From Candidatus Obscuribacteraceae bacterium (GTDB lineage: Bacteria > Cyanobacteriota > Vampirovibrionia > Obscuribacterales > Obscuribacteraceae), in assembly GCA_044229845.1 (NCBI GenBank), contig JBGASG010000001.1, forward strand, positions 736,001 to 800,000: a stretch of 64,000 nt of DNA, in the 5' to 3' direction. The translations under genes were made by a program, and so were the position numbers. The notes below the pieces were generated by a model. It did no database searches. It was not told where the DNA came from and saw only the letters and a program-made list of their open reading frames with translations. This document shows, one piece after another, positions 1 to 9,118 of the stretch. Position 1 is the first letter of the stretch. Every line of letters starts with the position of its first letter.

Positions 1-2
1 AC

Positions 3-896
3 GATCCGCTGGCTAATCCGCCGGATTTCCCTAAGCAACAAAATCTGCCGTTTCAGGAGTCGTTTTATCAGTACGGGCGGCAGATGCTGATCACCAATTG
101 CCACATGCCGTTTGGTTTGCCTTATTCCTTTGGATACGAAGCATCCGAGACTGCGCTGTACAAACAACTCTACGATCGTTGTATCTCTCGTTCGTCGCAA
201 AATCGGTATCACGACTTCACCCGCCATGAAGACCTGCCTCTGGCGAATTTCTGTCGTTACACCAGTACGCGCTACATGTGGTCTCAAGCCTGGCTGACGT
301 ATGAGCCGCGCAAATCTATTCCGCGTTTAGATCCAGCCCTGTTCAAGCTGCTCAAGGAGGACGAGGAGTTCAACCTGCGCATCTATGAATGTCCGGATGT
401 GAAGCCGCGAGCTTACTTCGCGACGCGAGTCGTCTGGAAAGACGGCGAGCAACTCCTGAATGGCATTGTCGATGGTACGGATGCCAACACGACTTATCTG
501 GAAGGCGGGGAACGATCCCCGCTTTCAGATTACATAGCAGCCGTCAGTCTAGTCGATGAACCTGGTGATACTGCGACGGTTGAAACCAAGAGTTTCGATA
601 GAGTCGACGTGAAAGTGAAAACGACCAAGCCGCGACTTCTGGTTTTGAATGATCACTATTACAGTGGATGGAACGCTGCTATCGACGGCAAGGACACGCC
701 TATAATCCAGGCCAATGCATTTGCGCGCGCTGTGGTCGTACCTGCGGGCGAACATCGGGTTGCATTCGAATTTGTTTCACCCAGTCTGGCTCGCGGCATG
801 TATTTGCTGCAGGGCGCACTGATGGTGATGGCATCGCTGATTGCCGCAACGTTTCTGAAGAAACGCTTGCTCAGCCGCGCGGACTTGGGGCGTTAG
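3..896 (+). CDS. YfhO-family membrane protein, C-terminal part (5' partial)
   Basis: Frame is open from base 3. Contains LLVLNDHYYSGWNAAIDG...QANAFARAVVVPAGEHRVAFEF followed by a terminal TM helix, typical of YfhO C-termini. Confidence 0.8.
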   Translation, partial: DPLANPPDFPKQQNLPFQESFYQYGRQMLITNCHMPFGLPYSFGYEASETALYKQLYDRCISRSSQNRYHDFTRHEDLPLANFCRYTSTRYMWSQAWLTYEPRKSIPRLDPALFKLLKEDEEFNLRIYECPDVKPRAYFATRVVWKDGEQLLNGIVDGTDANTTYLEGGERSPLSDYIAAVSLVDEPGDTATVETKSFDRVDVKVKTTKPRLLVLNDHYYSGWNAAIDGKDTPIIQANAFARAVVVPAGEHRVAFEFVSPSLARGMYLLQGALMVMASLIAATFLKKRLLSRADLGR

Positions 897-1755
897 CTGC
901 GAAACGCCCCTGGCGGAAGTCTTCGATTGCCTGATGAATCTGGTCACTGGTGTTCATAACGAATGGTCCATAACCAACGACCGGCTCGTTGATTGGTTCA
1001 CCGTTCAAAACCAGCACGTGCGCCGACGATGCGGTGCCAATTTTGAACTGATCGCCGGCGCGTTCTAGCACTGCCAGTTGAAAGGCTTTGAGTGGGCGCT
1101 CGTCGTTGAGGGTGAGTTCACCGTCGAGAATTACGATTGCGGTTGTATAACCTGCCGGCACGTCCAGGGTTAGATCGGCACCGGCGGACAGGCGCACATC
1201 CAGTAGATTGATCGGTGTAAAGGTATGCGCAGGTCCCTTAGTATTCTTATAGGAACCGGCAACGACGCGAATCTTTCCCTTGCCGTCCTGTACTTCAATC
1301 GTTGGAATATCTGTTTTCTGGAGTGTTTGATAACGTGGTGCCGTCATTTTAAGCTGCGCAGGCAAGTTGACCCATAACTGAGCCATTTGCAGTGTGCCGC
1401 CCGTTTTGCGAAATTCTTTCGAGTGTAATTCCTCGTGCAGAACACCCGAGCCTGCGGTCATCCATTGAACATCGCCCGGACCAATCACTCCATAATTTCC
1501 GGCTGTGTCTCGATGCTCTAGTCCGCCCTGATACGCCAGGGTGACTGTTTCAAATCCGCGGTGAGGGTGCATGCCAACGCCCAGTGCCTCTTCTGTCGGA
1601 GGAAACTCCACAGGACTGCCGTAATCGAGCATGAGGAAGGGCGAGAGTTCGCGGTTGCCCAGGTCGTTGTAGGAGAAGACGTTGCGTACCGGCAATCCGT
1701 CGCCGACCATGTGAGGGGCATGTGCTTCGTGAACGCTGATGATTTTCTTTTGCAT
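871..1755 (-). CDS. Pirin family protein
   Basis: PFLMLDY, HPHRGFETVT, QWMTAGSGVLHEE, QLWVNLP and GPFVMN motifs. Confidence 0.95.
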   Translation of the reverse strand: MQKKIISVHEAHAPHMVGDGLPVRNVFSYNDLGNRELSPFLMLDYGSPVEFPPTEEALGVGMHPHRGFETVTLAYQGGLEHRDTAGNYGVIGPGDVQWMTAGSGVLHEELHSKEFRKTGGTLQMAQLWVNLPAQLKMTAPRYQTLQKTDIPTIEVQDGKGKIRVVAGSYKNTKGPAHTFTPINLLDVRLSAGADLTLDVPAGYTTAIVILDGELTLNDERPLKAFQLAVLERAGDQFKIGTASSAHVLVLNGEPINEPVVGYGPFVMNTSDQIHQAIEDFRQGRFAANAPSPRG

Positions 1756-1872
1756 GATCTCTTGTCACCTTTTCGACTGCACCTTCTTTGAAGACCGGTG
1801 CATAACAAAGGATAGCGAAACCATGGCATACCTTGCACGCCACTTGTCATGTTAGACTTGATAGTCAACCTG

Positions 1873-1946
1873 GCCCCGGTAGTTCAGTTGGATAGAACAC
1901 TTCCGTCCTAAGGAAGGTGTCGTGGGTTCGAGTCCTACCCGGGGTG
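1873..1946 (+). tRNA. tRNA-Arg (anticodon CCT), CCA not encoded
   Basis: Full cloverleaf: acceptor GCCCCGG/CCGGGGT, D arm GTTC/GAAC, anticodon stem CTTCC/GGAAG with loop GTCCTAA, T arm GTGGG-TTCGAGT-CCTAC. Confidence 0.95.
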
Positions 1947-1976
1947 CTTTCTTTTTTACACAAAGCGAGGGACGCT

Positions 1977-2489
1977 ATGCCTGTTGACAGGGTAGCTCTT
2001 GAGGTGCGCAACGCGTTGCCGGCTGATTGCGCCCGGATCAGTGAAATTTACAACTACTACGTGCTCAATTCAACTGCCACTTTCGCGGTGGAAGCGGAAT
2101 TACTGCGAACGCGAATGGAATGGTTCGAAGAACATGAGCGAGAAGGGCTGCCGATAGTCGTTGCTGAGTGCGACGGCAATGTTGTCGCGTGGGGCAGCCT
2201 GTCCTATTACCATCGGCGATGCGCCTATCGCCAGACGCTGGAACCCTCCGTTTACGTCGACCATAATTATGTTCGGCGTGGATTCGGTAAAGCGCTTACG
2301 CAGCGTTTGATAGAACTGGCTCGGACGCGGGGTGATCACGTTCTCGTCGGGCTTGCTTGCTCTGAGAACAAGGAAAGCATTGCTATGACTGAAGCTAGCG
2401 GATTTCAGAGGGTTGGTGTCCTTAAAGAGGTGGGGCGCAAATTTGATCGCTGGCTGGATGTCACCATTTTGCAAATGATGCTCCAATGA
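1977..2489 (+). CDS. GNAT N-acetyltransferase (phosphinothricin/MnaT-like)
   Basis: IYNYYV..STATF, SVYV...RRGFGKAL and EVGRKFDRWLDV motifs. Start moved to ATG 1977 because the longer ORF begins inside the tRNA. Confidence 0.9.
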   Translation: MPVDRVALEVRNALPADCARISEIYNYYVLNSTATFAVEAELLRTRMEWFEEHEREGLPIVVAECDGNVVAWGSLSYYHRRCAYRQTLEPSVYVDHNYVRRGFGKALTQRLIELARTRGDHVLVGLACSENKESIAMTEASGFQRVGVLKEVGRKFDRWLDVTILQMMLQ

Positions 2490-2507
2490 CTCGCTGCCGA
2501 GGAGAGT

Positions 2508-2540
2508 GAATAAAGGGCGGGCTCGACGAGAACCCGCCCT
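2508..2540. terminator. Intrinsic terminator-like hairpin
   Basis: AGGGCGGG...CCCGCCCT stem at 2514-2540, with a T-rich tail on the minus strand. Confidence 0.65.
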
Positions 2541-2700
2541 CGCTTCAGGTCGAGGTTGGACCTAATGTTGTGGGAAGTTCGATTGCGATTATGGCTCTAA
2601 GCGGTCCTCCTTTCTTAGGATCAAACAAGCAGTGCGCAATTAATTGCCACCATAAATCGAACCCAGAAATTTAACTGTGCATAGCTGAACTGCAGCTGCG
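2510..2700 (-). ncRNA. Candidate structured small RNA (unassigned)
   Basis: Nested inverted repeats, an SD/anti-SD sequence in a hairpin loop, a 3' terminator and no credible long ORF. Confidence 0.35.
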
Positions 2701-2750
2701 TTGGTTATATGTCTGGTGGCATTTCGTGCATCACTGCGGCACGAAACGTT

Positions 2751-3284
2751 TTATCCGGTGAGCGATGCGATGATTGGCTGCGAGTCCAATATCTCATCAT
2801 CGCTTTCGGTGATGGTTTTGAATTCTCCGACGAACTCCTCTGTTTCTGCCACCGCCGCTGCCTCCTCAGAATCGGTATGATCATCGGGATCGCCGGAGAA
2901 TACCATTTCGCCTGTGATGGAGTTGCCTGGAGCAGCAGGCTGGTCTGCGACGGTTAGACGCGGCGGCAAGGCGATTTGTACTGCCTCTACCAGCGGTGTC
3001 ATCCGTTTAATACCATTCCTGTCCACCCAATTTTCCATCTCAAACGGGCCGCAAACCGCAACTTGACTGCCTTTTACGAGGTATTTATGAGCAATCTGAG
3101 CGAGCTTACCCCAGGCTTCGACTTTTACGTAGTCGACGGTGCCCTGTAAGCGTCCCTGTTCCGTTTTGCGGCCCGGATGGTTGATGGCGACCGTAAAAGT
3201 GGTTTTTTCACGGCCGGTGTTAAAGTGCATCAACTCAGGCTGACGAACGAGTCTCCCTACGATTGAAAGATTTGCGAATGACAT
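2751..3284 (-). CDS. ssb: Single-stranded DNA-binding protein
   Basis: OB-fold motifs IVGRLVRQPEL, FTVAIN, VEAWGKLA and YLVKGSQVAV; acidic tail; GGAGG SD. Confidence 0.85.
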   Translation of the reverse strand: MSFANLSIVGRLVRQPELMHFNTGREKTTFTVAINHPGRKTEQGRLQGTVDYVKVEAWGKLAQIAHKYLVKGSQVAVCGPFEMENWVDRNGIKRMTPLVEAVQIALPPRLTVADQPAAPGNSITGEMVFSGDPDDHTDSEEAAAVAETEEFVGEFKTITESDDEILDSQPIIASLTG

Positions 3285-3374
3285 AGAAAAACCTCCAGTC
3301 TAGTCCACCCATTTCGCCTGTACATCCGGCGTTGGTGGGTGATTTGGTTGCTCGGTTTTTAGGGAGATGAGGCA

Positions 3375-3404
3375 AATGTACAGGACCATACGGATGTATG
3401 TCAA
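3375..3404 (-). promoter_or_regulatory. Putative sigma70 promoter of ssb
   Basis: Minus strand TTGACA-N18-TACATT about 90 bp upstream of the start codon. Confidence 0.45.
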
Positions 3405-3672
3405 TGCTGTTTAATTTTGCGGTTGCGATTGCGAAGAGCGGCATTGGCGGCTGCATCTGGGCGAGTTGTCTGCTCTAATCATCCGCTTGACAAGTAAAAT
3501 CTTTTTGTCGATTCTCTGTGAACAGGGTCGAAAGTCTCTCCCCTTGCGGCTGACCAATTTTGTTGGCAGACGGATATATGCAATTACCTCGTGCAATCAA
3601 AAACGCAAGCCTGGCACAGCGCCGGGTAAATAGCTGATGTGACGATGCAGCCTCTTTGAGGCTAGGAGTAGC

Positions 3673-4779
3673 GTGCCGGAAGAGTCTGATTGGTTCTCCA
3701 GATATAAATTTCTCAGCCCACTTGGTCAAGGTGGGATGGGGACCGTTTATCTTGCGGAAGATCGGTCTAACGGCAATGCCAGTTGTGTGATCAAACAACT
3801 GCTCAATAAGTACACGGATGAAGCCGAGCGGGTCGAGGCCGTGCGTCTTTTTAAACGCGAAGTGGCGATCTTGCGGCAGCTGAGACATCCGGGCGTGGTG
3901 CGGGTGTTCGATGACCACACCACTGCCGACCATAAGTACTTTCTCGTCATGGATTACGTGCCGGGCAAAAACCTTGATGTTGTGATCGCTGATGTGGGTG
4001 TGCTCGATTCGGAGACCGTCGTCCGCATTGCCATTCAGTGTTGCGATGTTTTGATTTATTTGCACTCCGAAGACATCATTTATCGCGATGTCAAACCGAG
4101 CAACCTGATGCTGCGCCCTGATGGACGTGTGGTTTTCATTGACTTCGGAATCGCGCGCAACTTTCTTCCAAAAGAAGTGGCGACCCGTGTGGTGACAGCG
4201 GGTTATTCTCCCCCGGAACAGTATTTCGGCAAGCCGGAGAAGCGCAGTGACATCTACGCGCTTGGTGCAACGCTCAGTCACTTGCTCACCGGTCACCGCC
4301 CGAAACCATTGCAAGTGTGCTCACCGCGTTCGATCAATCCTGAGATTCTCGAACCGCTCGATGAACTGATCAAAAAGATGACGGCACACTCGGTGGAAGA
4401 ACGTCCGCATTCAGCCGAGCAAGTTAAGTACCAGCTCTTCAAGATTTATAAGAGCATCCACCCGAGTTGGGAGATGCCCGAGTTGCCGCCGGGAACCGCC
4501 TGGGACGAGCAGGACGAAGCACGGCTGCATGCCGAACTTAAGTACGCACCCGATAAGCTCAAAGAGCGAAAACCGGCAGTTGCATCCGGTGCCTTCAAAG
4601 TACCGCCGCAAGCACTGCAGAAAAGCAATCCTCATCTGTCGAGAGAAGAACGACGAGCAAGTGGGATTTACGCAAAACATGATGCGCAAACCCGCGAACA
4701 GAGTGGTGATACCACCTGGTTCTCGAAAGTGACCGTACAGCTTAAAAAACTGATGCAGAACATGGGATTGGGCGGCTGA
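3673..4779 (+). CDS. Hanks-type Ser/Thr protein kinase (soluble)
   Basis: GQGGMG, VIK, YRDVKPSN, DFG and GYSPPEQ motifs; AGGAG SD before GTG. Confidence 0.95.
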   Translation: MPEESDWFSRYKFLSPLGQGGMGTVYLAEDRSNGNASCVIKQLLNKYTDEAERVEAVRLFKREVAILRQLRHPGVVRVFDDHTTADHKYFLVMDYVPGKNLDVVIADVGVLDSETVVRIAIQCCDVLIYLHSEDIIYRDVKPSNLMLRPDGRVVFIDFGIARNFLPKEVATRVVTAGYSPPEQYFGKPEKRSDIYALGATLSHLLTGHRPKPLQVCSPRSINPEILEPLDELIKKMTAHSVEERPHSAEQVKYQLFKIYKSIHPSWEMPELPPGTAWDEQDEARLHAELKYAPDKLKERKPAVASGAFKVPPQALQKSNPHLSREERRASGIYAKHDAQTREQSGDTTWFSKVTVQLKKLMQNMGLGG

Positions 4780-4838
4780 CCTAGCACCAAAGTCGACGTC
4801 CAGGTTTTACTGTGTCTGTATAGATATAGTCAGCCGTG

Positions 4839-5819
4839 CTACTTGTCCAGTCCGGACGAGAGCAAGATGCGCTCCACCAGCTGATCGTAACTGATGCCGG
4901 CGACTTCGGCCATAGCCGGCAAGTCGGATGTGTCGGTCATACCCGGTAGTGTGTTCACTTCCAGCACGTGCGGATTGCCTTCTTTGTCGACCATCATATC
5001 GACCCGTGCGTAGCCGGAGCAGTTCAAAGCGCGGAAGGTGCGCATGGCGATCTCCTGCGCTTTCTTTGTCACTTCCGGACTCAGTTCTGCAGGCAGCACA
5101 AACTCGGTCATGCCTTTGGTGTATTTGGCTTCGTAGTCATAGAAACCGGCTTTAGACTTCGGGCGCAGCTCGAGAATCGGCAGCGCATCGAGGTCTTTGC
5201 CGTTAATAAGATGTTGCGGGCGCTCCAGTACACCGACAGTAATTTCCTGGCCGGTGACGTAGCGTTCGACAATGGCGCCACCATATGTGGAGTAGGTTTC
5301 TTTGACGATGGTGGCTAGAGCGGTGGCATCTTCGACTTTCTGCACGCCGACCGACGAGCCTTCATTCAGCGGCTTCACCATCACAGGCAGCCATGGTATC
5401 GACTTGACGAAGTTGCCGACTTCGGTGTCATTCGCGCGTTCTAGAATCAGCGTCGGAGCATACGGCAGGTCTTCCGCTTTCAATACGCGTTTGGTGAGAG
5501 GCTTGCTCATGCACAGGGCACTGCCCAGTACACCCGTACCTGTATAGGGAATGCCGAGCAATTCCAGCAATCCCTGGACGGTGCCGTCTTCACCCCATTT
5601 GCCGTGCAAGGCGAGAAACGCCAGTTCAATCTTCTTTTCCTGCAGTGTATTGGCCAGGTGTTTATCGACATCGATTAACTCGGCGTGTTCGTAGCCCAGA
5701 CGCAAGAGAGCCGCATGACAGTTTTTGCCTGACCGCAGCGAAACTTCTCGCTCGTTGGACAGACCTCCGTACAGGACGCCAATTTTCGATTTTTTGCTAA
5801 TTCCTTCGGCTGGTTTCAT
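4839..5819 (-). CDS. ddl: D-alanine--D-alanine ligase
   Basis: GGLSNEREVSLRSG, LHGKWGEDGTVQG and EVNTLPGMT motifs. Confidence 0.97.
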   Translation of the reverse strand: MKPAEGISKKSKIGVLYGGLSNEREVSLRSGKNCHAALLRLGYEHAELIDVDKHLANTLQEKKIELAFLALHGKWGEDGTVQGLLELLGIPYTGTGVLGSALCMSKPLTKRVLKAEDLPYAPTLILERANDTEVGNFVKSIPWLPVMVKPLNEGSSVGVQKVEDATALATIVKETYSTYGGAIVERYVTGQEITVGVLERPQHLINGKDLDALPILELRPKSKAGFYDYEAKYTKGMTEFVLPAELSPEVTKKAQEIAMRTFRALNCSGYARVDMMVDKEGNPHVLEVNTLPGMTDTSDLPAMAEVAGISYDQLVERILLSSGLDK

Positions 5820-5827
5820 GTCTGATA

Positions 5828-6730
5828 TCACCTATCCCAGATTTCTTGTTCGGCTGCGGTAAAGTGTCCCATGGTCTTCCATTCAGGATGCAGGTGGATG
5901 GCGAACTTGCCATACACCGAGTCCTGCATTTTTCTCAGCAAGGCGGTTACTTCTTGCGAAGTGGCTCCGCCTAAGTTAATGACGAAATTGGCATGCACAG
6001 CCGAAACAGCTGCCGAGCCCTCTTTCAGTTCTTTGGCACCGGATTGATCAAGCAAAAACCCGGCAGTTTTTTGCGGCTCTGGATTCTTGAAGGTGCTACC
6101 GGCATTGGGCCAGCCCAGCGGCTGGGTGCGCCAGCGATATTCTTCGTTGTGCTTGGTGCGTTCTTGAATGGTCTCCGGTCTCTCGGACTTGAGACGCAGT
6201 CTTGCCGACACGACAATTTGAGTGGCGGGATCGACGCCCGAGCGCCGATACTCGAACTGCATCTCTTCGCGTGTCAGGGTGCGCAGCTTCCAGCTCACCG
6301 TGTCAAAGAGAGTGACGCTTTCTGTAATTTCAGCCATGCAGCTGCCGTGAGCGCCGGCATTCATTACCATGCCACCACCGACAGTGCCGGGGATGCCGAC
6401 GGCAAACTCCAATCCGGAAAGACCGATCGATGCGGCGTACTTGGCCAGGTGCGGCAGCCGCGCGCCGGCGTCGGCATCGAGTACGTCATTGTCCAACTGG
6501 CTGATGCGCGTCATCTGCGCCGTTCTGATAACTGTTCCTTCCACCCCGGCAGAGGAAATCAACATGTTGGAGCCGCCACCCAGCACATGCCAGGGCTGAC
6601 CGGACTTCTTCAGTCGATCGAGCAACTCGATCAACTCCTCCACTTTCTCTGGCTGCGCGAGGCCATCAGCTTCGCCACCCACCTTTAAAGTGGTGTATCG
6701 CCAGAGTGGTGCTTTAGTGGCAACTTCCAT
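5828..6730 (-). CDS. murB: UDP-N-acetylenolpyruvoylglucosamine reductase
   Basis: GGGSN, GIPGTVGG, MNAGAHG, GSTFKNP and HANF motifs. Confidence 0.97.
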   Translation of the reverse strand: MEVATKAPLWRYTTLKVGGEADGLAQPEKVEELIELLDRLKKSGQPWHVLGGGSNMLISSAGVEGTVIRTAQMTRISQLDNDVLDADAGARLPHLAKYAASIGLSGLEFAVGIPGTVGGGMVMNAGAHGSCMAEITESVTLFDTVSWKLRTLTREEMQFEYRRSGVDPATQIVVSARLRLKSERPETIQERTKHNEEYRWRTQPLGWPNAGSTFKNPEPQKTAGFLLDQSGAKELKEGSAAVSAVHANFVINLGGATSQEVTALLRKMQDSVYGKFAIHLHPEWKTMGHFTAAEQEIWDR

Positions 6731-8213
6731 CTTTGAGCCCGTTCTTGAGCAGCGCTAAAAGTCTCGGCCCAACGTCTGTTATATCACCAGCACCAATGGT
6801 GAGCACAAGGTCTCCTGCGCAAAGATGCGGTAAGATTTTTTCGTGCAATTGTAAAGTCGAGCCAGCCAGGTGCGTGACGTTCTTGTGGTTCACTTCCGTG
6901 GAAAAACGTTCCGAGTTAATGCCTTCGATCTGACCACCGCGCGCCACGTAGACATCGGCGAGCAAGACGCGGTCAGCTTCTGTGAAGGCTTGACGAAACT
7001 CTTCCCAGAGGTCGCGCAGCCGTCCAGGCTGGTGCGGTTGAAACACAGCCACCACGCGTTTGTATTGAGTGTGCCGCTGAATATATTGCCGGGCTGCTAA
7101 AAGTGTTGCCACCACTTCCGTGGGGTGGTGCCCGTAATCGTCGACGACCGTGACACCGGATTCGGTGCCGAGCAGCTGGAAGCGCCGGGCCACTCCTCTG
7201 AACTCATGCAACGAGTCGGCTATGCCTTGGAATTCCACGCCCAACTCGCTTGCGACTGCAATCACGCTCATGGCGTTGAGCTTGTTGTGCTTGCCGGGCA
7301 CCGATAGTTCAACGTCTCCGAGCACCTTGCTGTTCTGGCTGACGGTGAACTTGAACCCTTCCTTGTCTTCCATCGTGAAGTCGGCTTTGGGCGAGACCTG
7401 TTTCTCGCCATAAGTAATGATGCGTTTTTTGATCTCCGGCATGATCTCGCGGCAGCCGGCATCGTCTGAACAGACTACAACCGCCCGCGCGGCATTGTTG
7501 GCGAAGCTGAGCATGTTGCTGTACACCTCGGCAATTCCACCCGGATAGTTTTCCATGTGATCGCGTTCGATGTTGGTGACGACCGCTATTTCCGAGACCA
7601 TACTGGCATGTGTGCGGTCGCTCTCATCGGCTTCAGCGACGAAGTACTCGCCTTTGCCCAGGCGGCTGTTCGCCTTCAGTTTCTCAAAAACTCCACCCAC
7701 CACAACTGTCGGATCCAGCCCGTTGTCCAGCAGCACTTGCGCCATCATGCCGGTGGTGGTTGTCTTACCGTGCGTGCCGGATATAGCCACCATTTTGTAT
7801 TTGTTGGCCAGGGCAAACAATACCTGAGAACGATGCCAGACCGGCAAATGCCTTTCCGCGGCAGCTTGCAACTCTGGATTGTCCTTGGTGATCGCCGTCG
7901 AAACTACAATCGCCGCCGTCGCATCGGTGATATTGCTTGCTTCGTGCCCGACGAACACTGTGGCACCGAGGCTCTGCAATTCTTCGGTAATCGGACTGCC
8001 GGACTTGTCCGAGCCGGATACCTTAACGCCGCGTCCCAAGAGCAGGCGCGCCAGCGCCGACATGCCGATGCCGCCGATGCCTACAAAATGTATTGTGCCT
8101 TGCTGTGCTTGGACTGAGTCTAGATCTGGTTCCGCCGGTGAGCCCGGTTGGTGCTTCTGTACACCTGTGGTTGATTCCACTTGCAACGCGCGTTCCTTCT
8201 TATGAATATCCAA
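6714..8213 (-). CDS. murC: UDP-N-acetylmuramate--L-alanine ligase
   Basis: HFVGIGGIGMS, GTHGKTTTT, EADESD, DDYGHHPTE and FQPH motifs. Confidence 0.97.
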   Translation of the reverse strand: MDIHKKERALQVESTTGVQKHQPGSPAEPDLDSVQAQQGTIHFVGIGGIGMSALARLLLGRGVKVSGSDKSGSPITEELQSLGATVFVGHEASNITDATAAIVVSTAITKDNPELQAAAERHLPVWHRSQVLFALANKYKMVAISGTHGKTTTTGMMAQVLLDNGLDPTVVVGGVFEKLKANSRLGKGEYFVAEADESDRTHASMVSEIAVVTNIERDHMENYPGGIAEVYSNMLSFANNAARAVVVCSDDAGCREIMPEIKKRIITYGEKQVSPKADFTMEDKEGFKFTVSQNSKVLGDVELSVPGKHNKLNAMSVIAVASELGVEFQGIADSLHEFRGVARRFQLLGTESGVTVVDDYGHHPTEVVATLLAARQYIQRHTQYKRVVAVFQPHQPGRLRDLWEEFRQAFTEADRVLLADVYVARGGQIEGINSERFSTEVNHKNVTHLAGSTLQLHEKILPHLCAGDLVLTIGAGDITDVGPRLLALLKNGLKDGSCH

Positions 8214-8229
8214 GGCAGTGAATAAAATG

Positions 8230-8260
8230 CGTTAAATGGGCGCACCTGAGGCGCGCCCAA
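8230..8260 (-). terminator. Hairpin downstream of rpsT
   Basis: TGGGCGC...GCGCCCA stem followed by TTT on the minus strand. Confidence 0.55.
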
Positions 8261-8289
8261 ACACTTTTTCGCAATTCGCGAACTGGCTC

Positions 8290-8655
8290 TTAGGCCTTTT
8301 CCGATGCTTTCTTGGGCGCCGCTTTGGCTGCAGGTTTGGCTGCGGCTTTCGGTGCGGCTTTCTTCTTGGCCGGCTTCACTTCTTCCTTGCTCTTGGTGGC
8401 GAGCAGGACGGTGAGTCTGGCTTTGCGACGGGCACCGGTATTGCGGTGCAGAACGCCTTTGGATACGGCTTTATCGATAACGGAGAAAGCTTCGTTCAGT
8501 GCGGTTTGGGCATCGCCCTCGCCGCTCTTGGCGGTTTCCAGAACTTCTTCGACCTTGCTGCGTGCGGTGCGCACGGAAGACTTCCAGTAACGGTTACGCA
8601 GGCGGTTGCGCTCAGCAACTTCGACGCGTTTCTTGGCGGACTTAATCTTGGGCAC
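8290..8655 (-). CDS. rpsT: 30S ribosomal protein S20 with Lys/Ala/Pro-rich tail
   Basis: IKSAKKR...RN, IDKAVSKGVLHRNTGARRKARL motifs. Confidence 0.97.
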   Translation of the reverse strand: MPKIKSAKKRVEVAERNRLRNRYWKSSVRTARSKVEEVLETAKSGEGDAQTALNEAFSVIDKAVSKGVLHRNTGARRKARLTVLLATKSKEEVKPAKKKAAPKAAAKPAAKAAPKKASEKA

Positions 8656-8747
8656 TTCTCAATCCCTGCAACGAACTTATACAACGGGAAGCAATTTTAG
8701 CACGCGTGAAAGCGCGTCCCTGCCCGAAGTTTAGACTTTGTAAGGAT

Positions 8748-9113
8748 TTAGCCGAGGGCGTTCTTCATGCTGCCAAGAAACTTCCGGACGGCGTCCGGGT
8801 CCTGCTGCGCCCATTCCAGCGCGACGACGAAACTGGGGTCGAGGTGTTCTCGATAGTTGTTCAGAGCTTCTTCGTTAGCTTTGCCGCCGAAGAGCTTGCT
8901 GGTCTGCGCCCATTTGGCCAGAATTCCAGCCCCAACAGCAGCATCGCCCAAGGGCGATAAGACATCACCTTGGGCGTTGACTACTTTGTTATCACCCGGC
9001 TGGTAAGCCAGGTCACGTCCTTTGTTTGCCAAGTGGTCGTCGGGAGGATGAGCCTCGGACAACTGGGTCTCCTCGACTTCAGGCATACCCGAATTGTCGC
9101 CTTCGACGCTCAT
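8748..9113 (-). CDS. Hypothetical protein, paralog of 9119..9445
   Basis: Ungapped 58-aa similarity to its neighbour supports coding status. Confidence 0.75.
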   Translation of the reverse strand: MSVEGDNSGMPEVEETQLSEAHPPDDHLANKGRDLAYQPGDNKVVNAQGDVLSPLGDAAVGAGILAKWAQTSKLFGGKANEEALNNYREHLDPSFVVALEWAQQDPDAVRKFLGSMKNALG

Positions 9114-9118
9114 ACTTG

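Noticed and set aside
1917..1976. N-terminal extension of the GNAT ORF
   Set aside because: It lies within the tRNA; ATG 1977 is the plausible start.
1873..2500. tRNA as an integration site for an island
   Set aside because: No integrase, and I saw no duplicated tRNA 3' end in the window.
2600..2620. CCTCCTTTCT as a 16S rRNA 3' fragment
   Set aside because: The flanking sequence lacks GGATCA and other rRNA context.
3500..3670. c-di-GMP-I riboswitch
   Set aside because: The GCAA-containing segments do not give the required GGCAAAC/GAAA/GACGCAAAGC arrangement.
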